This document shows, piece after piece, positions 18,280 to 27,994 of a stretch of DNA of 64,000 nucleotides (the first letter of the stretch is position 1; every line of letters begins with the position of its first letter). The DNA comes from Candidatus Lustribacter sp. (lineage in GTDB: Bacteria; Vulcanimicrobiota; Vulcanimicrobiia; Vulcanimicrobiales; Vulcanimicrobiaceae), in contig OZ255842.1 of the NCBI GenBank assembly GCA_965277805.1, positions 3,968,001 through 4,032,000 of the forward strand, given 5' to 3'. The notes below the pieces were generated by a model. It was given only the letters and a program-made list of their open reading frames with translations, had not been told where the DNA came from and did not search any database. Made by a program: the position numbers and the translations under genes.

Positions 18280-19716
18280 TCAGACGAACTTTTCGGCTTT
18301 GGGTTTCAACGCCAGCGAGCGGCGCAATTCCGGGCTCATTTCGCGGCTCAGCCCCTCGGCGCCGCAAATCGCCATGCCGTGCATGACCAACGCGGCGCGC
18401 TGAACGGCCGACGGCGTCAATCCCGATATCGGACCTTGCGTCTTGATCCAGAACGGATCCTGCGGCGGCAGCGGCTGCGTTGCACCGTGAACGTCGAGCG
18501 GATAGCCGTCGGGGCCGCGACCGCTCATCATCAAGTAGTGGAGCATCGCCGCCGAATTGTTCGACGACCCCGGTGGTGGCGCATCGGCCGGCAAGGTCAC
18601 GCCGCCGGCGTCCCAGATGCCGTTCTGCGCATCGGCACCGGGCCGGTGCGCGAGCCGGCCGAATGGATTCCCATCGAAAAACTTCTCGAAGATCCCGGGG
18701 GTGAGAAACGCCGCGAACCGGTTGTACGGTTGCGTGAGCGCGAAGCCGTGCAGATTGCGCGGCGGCGCTTGAAAATAATCACCCGTCGTGATCGGCACGG
18801 CCTTCCCGTGCGCCCAACCCATCGTCTCGCCGTCCATGCCGAGAAAATTCTCAAAGTGACGAGCGTGGAAATGCGGCCCGACGCCCGGGCTCTTCGGCCC
18901 ATCGGTAATGACGAACAAAAATTGGCCGCCGGAATTGGTATTTTTGGCCAGCAGCGTGTTCCCGCCGAAACGGTCACCGCCGCCGTCCAAGATCACGTAG
19001 GGGCCGGGCGCCGTGGGAACAGCTTTGTTCGAAACGCGCACCGGTGCCGAAGCCGGCTGACGCAGCGGGCGCAATTGAAAGTCACCAACCGTTGCGGCAT
19101 CGTCGAGTTTACCGGGCGCGATCGCGAGACCCTCGGGCATCGCCGCCTCGGCCCCGCGAACGGCACTGCCCATTGCGACGAACGCAGCGCCGACGCGATC
19201 GCCCATCGTGTATAGCGCAAATCGCGTCTTGTCCGATCGTATCGTCCACGCGTGCGGCGTACCCGGCGGAATGTTGGCGAAGTCGCCGCGCATCATGGTC
19301 CACGTATCGCCGTTCAGCTCGAGTTCGAGTTCGCCGCTCAGCACGAGCAGCGCAGCGTGCGAGCCGAGGTGCGCGTGCCGCGGCATCGATGTACCGTTCT
19401 TGCCGGCGAACGTCACGAGCTCGTGGACGTTCGTCGTCTCCTCGGGCCGCGCGAGCCGCGTCATGACGTGACCACCGATCGCGTAGCTCTCACCGTGACC
19501 GGCCGGGAGCATGTACATCCGGCGCGCGCCCGGCAGGCGGCCGAGGATCGGCACCGCCGGCGCGCCGGTCACTTCAACCGGATTGAGAATGTCGGCCGGC
19601 GGGTCGGCCGTTTGCGCATCACCCTGTAGGGCCAGCCCGGCTTGGTACGCGAGTAACCCGCACCCGCTCGTCAATCCGGCAATGCGCAAGAAATCGCGCC
19701 TGTTTCGATCGCTCAT
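18280..19716 (-). CDS. Tat-exported bicupin, quercetin 2,3-dioxygenase (QdoI/YxaG)-like
   Basis: RNRRDFL signal; cupin 1 RHAHLGSHA...PPGTPHAW; cupin 2 PHFHARHFE...PPRNLHGF; LTPGIFEKFF. Confidence 0.78.
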   Translation of the reverse strand: MSDRNRRDFLRIAGLTSGCGLLAYQAGLALQGDAQTADPPADILNPVEVTGAPAVPILGRLPGARRMYMLPAGHGESYAIGGHVMTRLARPEETTNVHELVTFAGKNGTSMPRHAHLGSHAALLVLSGELELELNGDTWTMMRGDFANIPPGTPHAWTIRSDKTRFALYTMGDRVGAAFVAMGSAVRGAEAAMPEGLAIAPGKLDDAATVGDFQLRPLRQPASAPVRVSNKAVPTAPGPYVILDGGGDRFGGNTLLAKNTNSGGQFLFVITDGPKSPGVGPHFHARHFENFLGMDGETMGWAHGKAVPITTGDYFQAPPRNLHGFALTQPYNRFAAFLTPGIFEKFFDGNPFGRLAHRPGADAQNGIWDAGGVTLPADAPPPGSSNNSAAMLHYLMMSGRGPDGYPLDVHGATQPLPPQDPFWIKTQGPISGLTPSAVQRAALVMHGMAICGAEGLSREMSPELRRSLALKPKAEKFV

Positions 19717-19762
19717 GTTTCTCCACCCGAGGAATTCCCCGGGAGCAGCCTACGCGATCAGC

Positions 19763-20809
19763 TTACACAGTGCCTGTGCGCTTCTCGAGCGACGTCAGGC
19801 GCTCGAACAGCTCCGGCAGCCGCTGGAAGTACGCCTGAACTTTCAGCGTTTGCCGGTGCGCCCGCGCCGGTGCGCCGCTGACGACGAGACCGTCGGCGAT
19901 GTTGCCCCACACTTCCGAACGCGCGGCGACGCGAACGCGCGAGCCGATCGTCAAATGGCCTTTGACGCCGACTTGGCCGCCCATTTGCACGTAGTCGCCG
20001 ACGATCGTCGAGCCGGCGAGTCCGGATTGCGCCGCGATCGCGCAGTGCTTGCCGATGCGGCAGTTGTGACCGATCTGCACGAGGTTGTCGATCTTCGTTC
20101 CTTCGCCGATGGAGGTGACGCCGGTCTGCGCGCGATCGACGCACGTGTTGGAGCCGATCTCGACGTCGTCACCGAGCTGGACGTAACCGATCTGCGGAAT
20201 TCGCCGCAGGCCGCCGTCGAGAAAGGCCCAGCCGAAGCCCTGACCGCCGATGACCGCATGCGGTTTGAGCACGACGCGGTTTCCGAGCACGGATCCCTCA
20301 CCCACGTACGCGCGCGTATCGATGAAACACTCTTCACCCAACGTTGCATGTTCGGCGATGACGCAACCCGGACCGAGGACGGTGCGCGCGCCGACGACCG
20401 CTCCCGCCCCAACGGTGACGTCCCTTCCAACGTACACGTCCGCGCCAATCGTCGCCGACGGATCGATCGCCGCGGATGGATCGGCAAAGGGGCCCCGGGG
20501 GAGCGGCGTTTCCACCATCGCGAGCAGCGACGCGAGGGCAGCGCGCGGTGACGGCACAACGACGATCGGCTTCGAATACGATATGCGCGAGTCGACGGCA
20601 GATTCAGCCGCGAGTATTGCTGCCGCGCGAGACTCAAGGGCGGCCTTCATATAACGCTCGTCGGTCGCGAAGGTCAGCGTGGCTGATTCCGCATCCTCAA
20701 CGGCTGCGATCGACGCGATGCGTACGTTCGGATCACCGATGACGACACCGTCGGTGCGCCGGGCAATGTCCGCTAACGAGCCCAGCTCAGCGGCATTCCG
20801 AGCCAACAT
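19763..20809 (-). CDS. lpxD: UDP-3-O-(3-hydroxymyristoyl)glucosamine N-acyltransferase
   Basis: Hexapeptide repeats, IGGQGFGW, IPQIG.V, DDVEIGSNTCVDR, KIDNLVQIGHN, GAPAR. Confidence 0.95.
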   Translation of the reverse strand: MLARNAAELGSLADIARRTDGVVIGDPNVRIASIAAVEDAESATLTFATDERYMKAALESRAAAILAAESAVDSRISYSKPIVVVPSPRAALASLLAMVETPLPRGPFADPSAAIDPSATIGADVYVGRDVTVGAGAVVGARTVLGPGCVIAEHATLGEECFIDTRAYVGEGSVLGNRVVLKPHAVIGGQGFGWAFLDGGLRRIPQIGYVQLGDDVEIGSNTCVDRAQTGVTSIGEGTKIDNLVQIGHNCRIGKHCAIAAQSGLAGSTIVGDYVQMGGQVGVKGHLTIGSRVRVAARSEVWGNIADGLVVSGAPARAHRQTLKVQAYFQRLPELFERLTSLEKRTGTV

Positions 20810-20818
20810 AACACGTCC

Positions 20819-20847
20819 ATCGTACTACGCCGCGGACGGGCTGGCTA
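20819..20847 (-). promoter_or_regulatory. Putative sigma70 promoter of lpxD
   Basis: TAGCCA-N17-TACGAT, 9 nt upstream of the ATG, within an AT-richer intergenic region. Confidence 0.35.
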
Positions 20848-20897
20848 TAGCACTTTCTACGGTATTTTCACATCATTTTGCCAGGTTTGTAGGCGTG

Positions 20898-21653
20898 TTA
20901 TGTTGCGAGCGCGACTTCAACGGGTGCGGGATGTTCGGCCAGCAGACGGCCGAAGCCGCGGCGCGGTTCGCGCACGTGCAGGCGATTCTGAATCGCCCAC
21001 AGCCGCGCCATCTGCGCGTGCACGACGGGAACGCCGAAGTCGTCCTCCATCAGCTGCACGATGTCCGTGACTTTCCAACCCGAACCGAGCATGTAGATGC
21101 CGTCCGCACCGGGGTTCTCGATGAACGTCTTGCGCGTATGCGCGTAGACTTCGTGTGACGAGAGGTTCTGCGCGCGGTCGAAGTCGACGTCCATGCCGGC
21201 CATCGCCAGCACCTCGATGCCCGCGTCGCGGAAGTACTGCGCGAACGTTTCGTTGATATCGCCGCGGAAATACGACACGCCCACGATGCGCCGGATGCCG
21301 AGCGCGCGCATCGCCTCGACCTGCGTCTGCGGCGCCGTAACGATCGGCACGCCGTACGCGCGTTCCCAGCGTTGCACGATGTCGCGCTCGCCCGCAAGTC
21401 CGTGCACCATGAACGGCGGCGCGCCTTCGGGATGGATCAATTCGACCGGTACGCTCGCGAGCGCCTTGACGTGCTCTTCGAAGTGCTCGAGTACGCTCTT
21501 GAACTCGTCTGCCGTGCCCTTGCGAATGTTGACGAAGAGCGGCAGCACGCCGATGCCTTCCGGCAGCAGACGAATGAACTCTTCGATCCCGCCCAAACGC
21601 ATCGTGGGCTTGATGATGCCGACGCTGCCGCGCCAGCTCGATGAAATGGCCAC
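20898..21653 (-). CDS. Maleate isomerase / arylmalonate decarboxylase (Asp/Glu racemase superfamily)
   Basis: EAMRALGIRRI, FAQYFRDAGIEV, PGADGIYM, MEDDFGVPVV, GFGRLL. Confidence 0.8.
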   Translation of the reverse strand: MAISSSWRGSVGIIKPTMRLGGIEEFIRLLPEGIGVLPLFVNIRKGTADEFKSVLEHFEEHVKALASVPVELIHPEGAPPFMVHGLAGERDIVQRWERAYGVPIVTAPQTQVEAMRALGIRRIVGVSYFRGDINETFAQYFRDAGIEVLAMAGMDVDFDRAQNLSSHEVYAHTRKTFIENPGADGIYMLGSGWKVTDIVQLMEDDFGVPVVHAQMARLWAIQNRLHVREPRRGFGRLLAEHPAPVEVALAT

Positions 21654-21657
21654 CCGA

Positions 21658-22731
21658 TTAGCTCCTCACCGTTTCGGCGACTTTGGGGGTCAGCAGCCGG
21701 CCGATGCCGGAGCCGACGTAATCGACGACGTGCTCGCCCTCGACGATCGTATGCTGCATCCGGCCGATGCCCTCGAACTCGATCGAGATCCTCTGGCCGA
21801 CCTTCACCCACTTGCGCAAATCCAGAGAACAGCCGGTGCCGATCGTTCCGGTGCCGAGCAACTCACCCGGCTGCAGCGTTTCGTTATCGGATGCATACGC
21901 AACGAGCTGATGCGTGAGCACCGAGCGCGGCAAGCTCGTGTTACCCTCAAACCACACCTCGCCGTCGACCACGACGCGCACGTCGAGGTTGTCGACGTCG
22001 AGTTCATCCGGCGTCACGAGACACGGCCCGACCATGGTGGCGAAGTCCTTCGATTTCGACGGCCCGAGCGTGTCGCGTTTTTGTCCGTCGCGGCTGCTGC
22101 AATCGACCACGATCGTATACCCGGCAATCGCCGCGAGCGCCTCGTCTTCGCTCATGTTGCGTCCGGTGCGGCCGACGACGATGCCGAGCTCCGGCTCGAG
22201 ATCGAGCTTTTTCGTATAGTACGGATACGGGATCGGATCTTCGGGTCCGTAGATCGATTCGGGGCTGCCCTTGTAGTACGGCGGCCACTTATACCAGTTC
22301 TCGGGCTTGTAACGGCGGACCGCAAGCTCGTCGCCGTCGCGCCGGCTGCCGTGATCTTCGTAGATCGAGAAATCGCGAAACGTCGTCGGCCGCGGTAAGG
22401 GCGAGAGAAGGCGGACGGCCGCGCGCGGATGGACGATCTGCTCGCCGTTGCGCCCGAGTACGGCATCGGCACCCTTCGCGCGCACATGCGCGAGCGCGAG
22501 TTCGCCCGCCTCTTTCGACTTGTGTCCGCCGCGCAGCCACCCGATCATGTCGGGCGGGGTGCGCAACTGCGCTAAACCTTCCGGCGTCGGCTCGTCGGTC
22601 GCGTCTTGCAGATAGAGCGTGTACGCCAGGGTGAGATCGACGATGCGCCCGTCTTGATCGTTATCGAGCAGCGCGCCGAGCCGCCGCTGCGTGCCGAGCG
22701 GGGTCGCGATCTGGAAGGTGACGAGCTTCAT
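21658..22731 (-). CDS. Fumarylacetoacetate hydrolase family protein
   Basis: FRDFSIYEDH, YYKG, LDLEPELGIVVG, DCSSRD, KSKDFAT, GTGT. Confidence 0.92.
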   Translation of the reverse strand: MKLVTFQIATPLGTQRRLGALLDNDQDGRIVDLTLAYTLYLQDATDEPTPEGLAQLRTPPDMIGWLRGGHKSKEAGELALAHVRAKGADAVLGRNGEQIVHPRAAVRLLSPLPRPTTFRDFSIYEDHGSRRDGDELAVRRYKPENWYKWPPYYKGSPESIYGPEDPIPYPYYTKKLDLEPELGIVVGRTGRNMSEDEALAAIAGYTIVVDCSSRDGQKRDTLGPSKSKDFATMVGPCLVTPDELDVDNLDVRVVVDGEVWFEGNTSLPRSVLTHQLVAYASDNETLQPGELLGTGTIGTGCSLDLRKWVKVGQRISIEFEGIGRMQHTIVEGEHVVDYVGSGIGRLLTPKVAETVRS

Positions 22732-22733
22732 CG

Positions 22734-23939
22734 CTAGTGCGCGCCGGTCGTGACTTCGAGATGGCCCGGCCAGTGCCAGCGTTTGAGCGGCTCACCGTTC
22801 GCAATCTTCGTCATCTCGCGGCTCCACAGCTTGCGCAGCAGAATCACGATCTTGTCGGATTGGCCAAGGCGCTCGTGCACGCGGTCGACGATCAGACCTT
22901 GTCCCCGCTGCGCGACGTAGTCTTGCAGGTTGACGCTCTTCGCCAGCTCACCGACATCCTCGACCGTCAAGCGCAGGCGTCCGGCGAGAATCTCGTTGCC
23001 GAGGCGCTGGATCTCCGCCCACTGCGCGCCGCGCCCGGAGTTGCGCGGGTTCTGCGGATGCGCGCGATAGCGGTCGGCCGCAGCGCCGTCGACGTGTGCG
23101 ATCGTCAGGTTGAAGTTGTGGTAGCTCTCGTCGTCGATCGGAACTTTCCAGGCCACGAAGTCGCGCCAGCCGCTCTCGGCATCGACCGGCCAGACTTTGA
23201 TGTGCAGCGTGTTGGGCATCTCGAAATGGCTCACGCGCACGTTGCCGTTATCGTAGATGTCGCGAAAGATGAAGCCGTATTCCGTTTCGTCGGCCGAGAA
23301 CTCGACGATGTTGCCCTCGAGCGATCCGACCTTTTTCTCGTCGCCGTTGAAATCGGACAGACGGCTATCGGAGTAGAAGTTCGATTTGCGGTGCACCCAG
23401 CTCACATGGAGCGTGTCGACCGAGTTCTCCATGTTCTGATAGAAGTTGTAGGGCACGTCCATCATCACCGCATCGACGACACAGCCCGTCTCGAATTCCG
23501 GGTACCGCGGCATCGGCGGCGGATCGCCCTCGCCGAGATACGCGAAGATGAGACCGAGATATTCTTGCACGGGATGACTCGGGATACTCACTTTGGAGGC
23601 GAAGCCCGGATTCTCCACGGCCTGTTCGACGCATTGCCCGTGTTCGTCGTACTTCCAGCCGTGGTAGAAGCAGCGAATGCAATCGCCCTCGATCCAGCCG
23701 ACCGAAAGCTGCGTATTCCGGTGCGCGCAGCGTCCGGCCACGAGATGCGGCGTGCCGGTCTCACCGCGATAGACCGTGAATTCCTCACCCATGACCTGGA
23801 CCGGAATCGCACGCCCCGCTTGTACCGACTCCGAGAGCGCCACCGGTTGCCACACCGAACGCATCAGCTTGCCGCCCAGCGTACCGGGCCCGGTATGCGC
23901 GTAGTCGGTGTAACGCTTAACTGCAGATAGCATCGTCAT
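22734..23939 (-). CDS. Rieske oxygenase alpha subunit (phthalate dioxygenase/LigX-like)
   Basis: Start re-called at ATG 23939. TGPGTLGG..R..WQPV, CAH...CFYH, ENSVDTLHVSWVH, ERLGQSD. Confidence 0.92.
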   Translation of the reverse strand: MTMLSAVKRYTDYAHTGPGTLGGKLMRSVWQPVALSESVQAGRAIPVQVMGEEFTVYRGETGTPHLVAGRCAHRNTQLSVGWIEGDCIRCFYHGWKYDEHGQCVEQAVENPGFASKVSIPSHPVQEYLGLIFAYLGEGDPPPMPRYPEFETGCVVDAVMMDVPYNFYQNMENSVDTLHVSWVHRKSNFYSDSRLSDFNGDEKKVGSLEGNIVEFSADETEYGFIFRDIYDNGNVRVSHFEMPNTLHIKVWPVDAESGWRDFVAWKVPIDDESYHNFNLTIAHVDGAAADRYRAHPQNPRNSGRGAQWAEIQRLGNEILAGRLRLTVEDVGELAKSVNLQDYVAQRGQGLIVDRVHERLGQSDKIVILLRKLWSREMTKIANGEPLKRWHWPGHLEVTTGAH

Positions 23940-23953
23940 TCGCTCCGTGTTCT

Positions 23954-24787
23954 CTAGTCCAGTGATTTCTTGTCGACCCAGCCCTGGCGCTCGAGCTGGC
24001 TGAGGCCGATCATCTCGTAGCCTGCGCCCGCATCGAGTGTGCGGTTGAGCTGTTCGACGATGTGGCGGTTGACCGCGCGCTTGCACCAGGCCAGCGGATA
24101 GGCCGGGCGGTCGAGCAAACGCTTCACCAAATCGGCGACCTTCGCATCGATCTCGCTCGCGGGCACCGCGTAGTTGATGATGCCTTGCGCCGCGAGCTCT
24201 TTGGCAGTGAAGCTCTTGCCGAGCATCAGCATTTCTTTCGCGATCATCGGTGAGAAGAACAGCGGCGCGAGCGCGGTTCCGCCGTCGCCCGGCACGAGAC
24301 CGAACGGCGGGCCGATCGGATCGTATGCGCCCATCGCGAGATGGTGGTCGCCGAACACGGCGTCTTCGCGAGCGACGATGAAATCGCCCGAGAAAGCGAT
24401 CCAGCAGCCGCCGCCGATGATGTTTCCGTCGACTTGCATGATGATCGGTTTTTCGATCGCCGCCATGACCTCGTGCATGCGCACGATGCCCGAGAACGTC
24501 TTCCAGATGTGTTCCGGATCGTTGTGATGATCTTGCCACGCAGGGCTGTTGTAGTGCTTGGTCGAGTTCCCGCCGTGGTTGGCCCCGCCGCGGTGCAGCA
24601 CGATGACGCGCACGCCGTCGTCGGCGCGCAGCGCGTCGAGCAAGTTCGCCAGTGCGAGCGCGCTCGTGACCTTTTTCGCGGCTTCCTGTTCCTCGGGAGC
24701 GAGTTTGTCGCCGGCGCGCGCCCAGATCGTGGCCAGCTGGCCGTCACGTTCGATCCGGAAATGCGGGCTCTGCAGACGGTCGATCAT
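23954..24787 (-). CDS. Enoyl-CoA hydratase/isomerase (crotonase) family
   Basis: EKPIIMQVDG, GLVPGDGG, AKEMLMLG, GIINYAVP. Confidence 0.88.
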   Translation of the reverse strand: MIDRLQSPHFRIERDGQLATIWARAGDKLAPEEQEAAKKVTSALALANLLDALRADDGVRVIVLHRGGANHGGNSTKHYNSPAWQDHHNDPEHIWKTFSGIVRMHEVMAAIEKPIIMQVDGNIIGGGCWIAFSGDFIVAREDAVFGDHHLAMGAYDPIGPPFGLVPGDGGTALAPLFFSPMIAKEMLMLGKSFTAKELAAQGIINYAVPASEIDAKVADLVKRLLDRPAYPLAWCKRAVNRHIVEQLNRTLDAGAGYEMIGLSQLERQGWVDKKSLD

Positions 24788-25734
24788 GCTTTCAGCACGA
24801 GCTCGGACGTGCTCATCGGGCGCGGCAAGAAACCGAACTTGGTGGCGGTGTCGAGCAGCGGCTGGATCTGGTCGACGTGGATGCCGTCGGAGAAGTCGGC
24901 GCGCATCATCGTCGTAATATCGGCCACCGGCAGCTTCGTGTATTTCGCCACGATCACCGCCGACGCCGTGTGGTTGGCGTTTCCCCAGCGGCCCGCTTGA
25001 GCGATGGCCGCCTGGAAGCGTTTGATGATGTCAGGGTTTGCCTTGGCGTAGGTGGGCGTCGAGTACCAGGCAGCGTAGAGAAAGTTCGGCGCGATCGCCG
25101 GCATCGGGTCGGCGAGCACGCGCACGTTATTGCGGCGCAGTGCATCGGAGAGCGCCGGCTCGCCTTGTGCGAACGCATCGATCGTGCCGCGGTCGATCGC
25201 GGTGCCGACTTCGGCCGCCAAGACCTCGACGAACTTCACGCTCTTCGCATCGAGGCCGTTCTTGACGAGCCAGGCTTGGATCGCGAGATCGACCGACGTG
25301 CCGAGCACGTTCACGCCGATCACCTTGCCGACCATGTCTTTGGCGGTGTGAATCGGGCCGTCTTTGCGCACGCAGAGCAATGCCTGCGGTCCCTTGGCCG
25401 TATTCACGGCGGCAGGCGCGACGATCACGAGCGGAACGTTCTTCGACACCGCGACAGCCGTGCCGAGCGTCGTACCGCAGGCGATGTCGCACGATCCGCC
25501 GAGGACGGCCGCCGTCGCGATGCTGCCGCTGTTGAACGGCTGATATTCGACGTCCAGTCCGGCATCTTTGAAGAAGCCCATGTCGACGCCATACCAGCCC
25601 TCAGCGTAAGCATCGGCCGGACCCGAGCCGATCCGCAGCTTCGGCAGCCCGGTTTGCGCGGCGGCGGGTGCCGTAGACGCGAGCGCGAGCGCCGCGGTCG
25701 CTCCGAGAAATGCTTTACGCGAATGACCGGTCAT
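24784..25734 (-). CDS. ABC substrate-binding protein, SsuA/NMT1 family
   Basis: SRKAFLG Tat-like signal; GFFKDAGLDVE; KDMVGKVIGV; paralog of 13690. Confidence 0.88.
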   Translation of the reverse strand: MTGHSRKAFLGATAALALASTAPAAAQTGLPKLRIGSGPADAYAEGWYGVDMGFFKDAGLDVEYQPFNSGSIATAAVLGGSCDIACGTTLGTAVAVSKNVPLVIVAPAAVNTAKGPQALLCVRKDGPIHTAKDMVGKVIGVNVLGTSVDLAIQAWLVKNGLDAKSVKFVEVLAAEVGTAIDRGTIDAFAQGEPALSDALRRNNVRVLADPMPAIAPNFLYAAWYSTPTYAKANPDIIKRFQAAIAQAGRWGNANHTASAVIVAKYTKLPVADITTMMRADFSDGIHVDQIQPLLDTATKFGFLPRPMSTSELVLKA

Positions 25735-27994
25735 CGTTGCTCCTTGTGGATTGCAGCGCGTTGAAGATGCGCTCGGAAGTAATCGGGAATTCGCCCAGCC
25801 GCACGCCGACCGCGTTGTGAATCGCGTTCATTAGCGCCGGTGCCACGCCGCTGTTGCTGAGTTCGCCGGCCATCTTGGCACCGTAGGGTCCTTGGCCTTC
25901 GGCGGGTACGTGGATCGTCCGGAACGGCGGCGGCAGATCGTTGATCGTCGGCAGTTTGTACTCGCCGAGGCTCAGCGTCGTGATCTTGCCGCTCTCGTCC
26001 TCGGGCATTTCTTCCATCGTTGCACCGCCGAGGCCGTAGATGAATCCGCCGTCGATCTGCCCTTGATGGCCGATCGGGTTGATGATCTGGCCGACGTCGG
26101 TGATGAAGAGCGTATCGACGATTTCGAACGCCCCGGTTTCTTTATCGACGGCGACGTCGAGCGCGTAGCACGAAAAGGTGTAGTCGGCGGGATGGTCGCC
26201 CTCGTGAGAACCGTCGTAGCCGCCTTCAACCTCGAGCGGTCCTTGCGCGCACGCCTGTGCCGTAATGTTTTCGAACGAAAGCCGCATGCCGTGCGTGTCG
26301 ACGAAGGCGCCGTCTTCGAAGGCGGTGCCGGTACGTGCGGCGAGCTCTTCCACGATCATGTGGGCGGTAACGATGGCGCTCTGACCGACGATGTGCGTCA
26401 CGCGGCTCGCGCCGGTGCCGGGATCCTTCGCCGCTTCGTTCGTATTGCCGCGGCGCACCGCGATTTTCTCCGGAGCAATGCCGAGAATGCCGGCCATGAT
26501 GCGGCGCACCACGGTGAAACCGCCGGAGCCCTGATCCGGAGCGCCGACGATTACCTCGACCGCACCCGACGGCTTTACCGATGCTTTGATCGACGTCTTG
26601 CCGCCGCCGGTATGGCGGCAAACGAGCGCGACGCCGCGGCCGGCGCCGGCGGGCGGCGGTCCCTGTTTGGCAAGTTCGCGGGTGAGCGTCTGCAGCACGG
26701 CGCGGCCGGCGGGTTTATACATCGACTCATCGGTGATCGCGTGATCGCCCTCATCGACGACGTTGCGCAGACGCAGGGCGATCGAGTCCATGCCGAGGGC
26801 CTGCGCGATCTCTTCGACGTGCTGTTCCCATGCCCAGAAGATCTGCACGTCGGACGGCGCGCGCATGTGCGCCCCCGGCGGCGTGTTCGTATACACGACG
26901 TCGATGTCCAAGCGCACGTTGGGAATGCGGTAACCGACGGTGGAGTAGCCGATTTGTCCGGGCGTGAGCAGATTGCCCGGCTTGCCGCCGCCATAGGCAC
27001 CGCCGTTGAACGTCACCTGCGAGTGATGTGCGAGAAACGTCCCATCGCGATCGACGGCCGTGCGGAGCGTCAAGTGCGCCGGGTGACGAACCGTGCCGCT
27101 TTGGAGCTCGTCAACATACGTTGCCACCGATCGCACGGGACGGCCGGTTGCGCGCGCCAAGAAGTAGCACGGGAACTCGTCCATCGTGAGCCCCTTGCCG
27201 CCGAAGTCGCCGCCGATGAAGGTCGACTCGACGACGATCTTATTGCTCGGCGTGCCGCTGATCGCGGCCATGAAATCGCGCATCTTGAACGGCGATTTGT
27301 TTGGGCTCACCACGTGGATCGTGCCGTCGTCGTCGATCCATACCAGCGTCGACTTCGGCTCGATGTAGCCGCAGTGCTGGCGCGGCGTCGAGTACGTGTG
27401 TTCGAACACGCGATACGCGCGCGCAAAGATCGCCTCCAGTTCGGCATCCGTGCCCTTGCGCACGACGTTACCGCCTTGCTGATTGGGGTGGCGCCGAGCC
27501 GGGCGCACGTTCGAACCAAACGCGTAGGACTCGACGTTCGGATGCAGCACCGGCGCATCCGGATCGAGCGCGCGGAGCGGATCGAGCAGGGTCGGCAGCT
27601 CTTCATACTCGACCTCGATCAGGCGCGCCGCTTCTTGCGCTGCTTCGCGCGTCTCGGCGGCGATCGCCGCTACCCGGTCGCCGATATACACGACCTTCTC
27701 GTACGCGAGCACCGACCAGTCGCGGATCATCCGGCCGTGGCGCACGTCGCCGATATCGGCGCCGGTCAGCACGGCCCGAACACCGGGCACTTCTTTTGCG
27801 GCAGCCGTGTCGATGCTGATGATCTTCGCGTGAGCGAACGGGCTCGTCGCGAACGCCGCCCAGAGGCAATTCGGCCGCCGCACGTCGGCCGTGTATTTCG
27901 CCTCGCCGCTGACCTTGTCGCGTCCTTCGACGCGAATGTCGTCGGTCTTGAAGATCTCGATCGCCGATGACCGTTCGAGTTGCTTGACGCTCAT
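25715..27994 (-). CDS. Xanthine dehydrogenase/CoxL-family molybdopterin-binding subunit
   Basis: Start re-called at ATG 27994. KVSGEAKYTAD, SPFAHAKI, IGGDFGGK, DQGSG, GQIDGG, GAKMAGE with the catalytic Glu. Confidence 0.93.
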   Translation of the reverse strand: MSVKQLERSSAIEIFKTDDIRVEGRDKVSGEAKYTADVRRPNCLWAAFATSPFAHAKIISIDTAAAKEVPGVRAVLTGADIGDVRHGRMIRDWSVLAYEKVVYIGDRVAAIAAETREAAQEAARLIEVEYEELPTLLDPLRALDPDAPVLHPNVESYAFGSNVRPARRHPNQQGGNVVRKGTDAELEAIFARAYRVFEHTYSTPRQHCGYIEPKSTLVWIDDDGTIHVVSPNKSPFKMRDFMAAISGTPSNKIVVESTFIGGDFGGKGLTMDEFPCYFLARATGRPVRSVATYVDELQSGTVRHPAHLTLRTAVDRDGTFLAHHSQVTFNGGAYGGGKPGNLLTPGQIGYSTVGYRIPNVRLDIDVVYTNTPPGAHMRAPSDVQIFWAWEQHVEEIAQALGMDSIALRLRNVVDEGDHAITDESMYKPAGRAVLQTLTRELAKQGPPPAGAGRGVALVCRHTGGGKTSIKASVKPSGAVEVIVGAPDQGSGGFTVVRRIMAGILGIAPEKIAVRRGNTNEAAKDPGTGASRVTHIVGQSAIVTAHMIVEELAARTGTAFEDGAFVDTHGMRLSFENITAQACAQGPLEVEGGYDGSHEGDHPADYTFSCYALDVAVDKETGAFEIVDTLFITDVGQIINPIGHQGQIDGGFIYGLGGATMEEMPEDESGKITTLSLGEYKLPTINDLPPPFRTIHVPAEGQGPYGAKMAGELSNSGVAPALMNAIHNAVGVRLGEFPITSERIFNALQSTRSNDDRSFA

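Noticed and set aside
23940-24539. Apparent 200-aa N-terminal extension of the Rieske oxygenase (601-aa ORF)
   Set aside because: It overlaps the crotonase gene in another frame; the real start is the ATG at 23939 after an SD-like GGAG.
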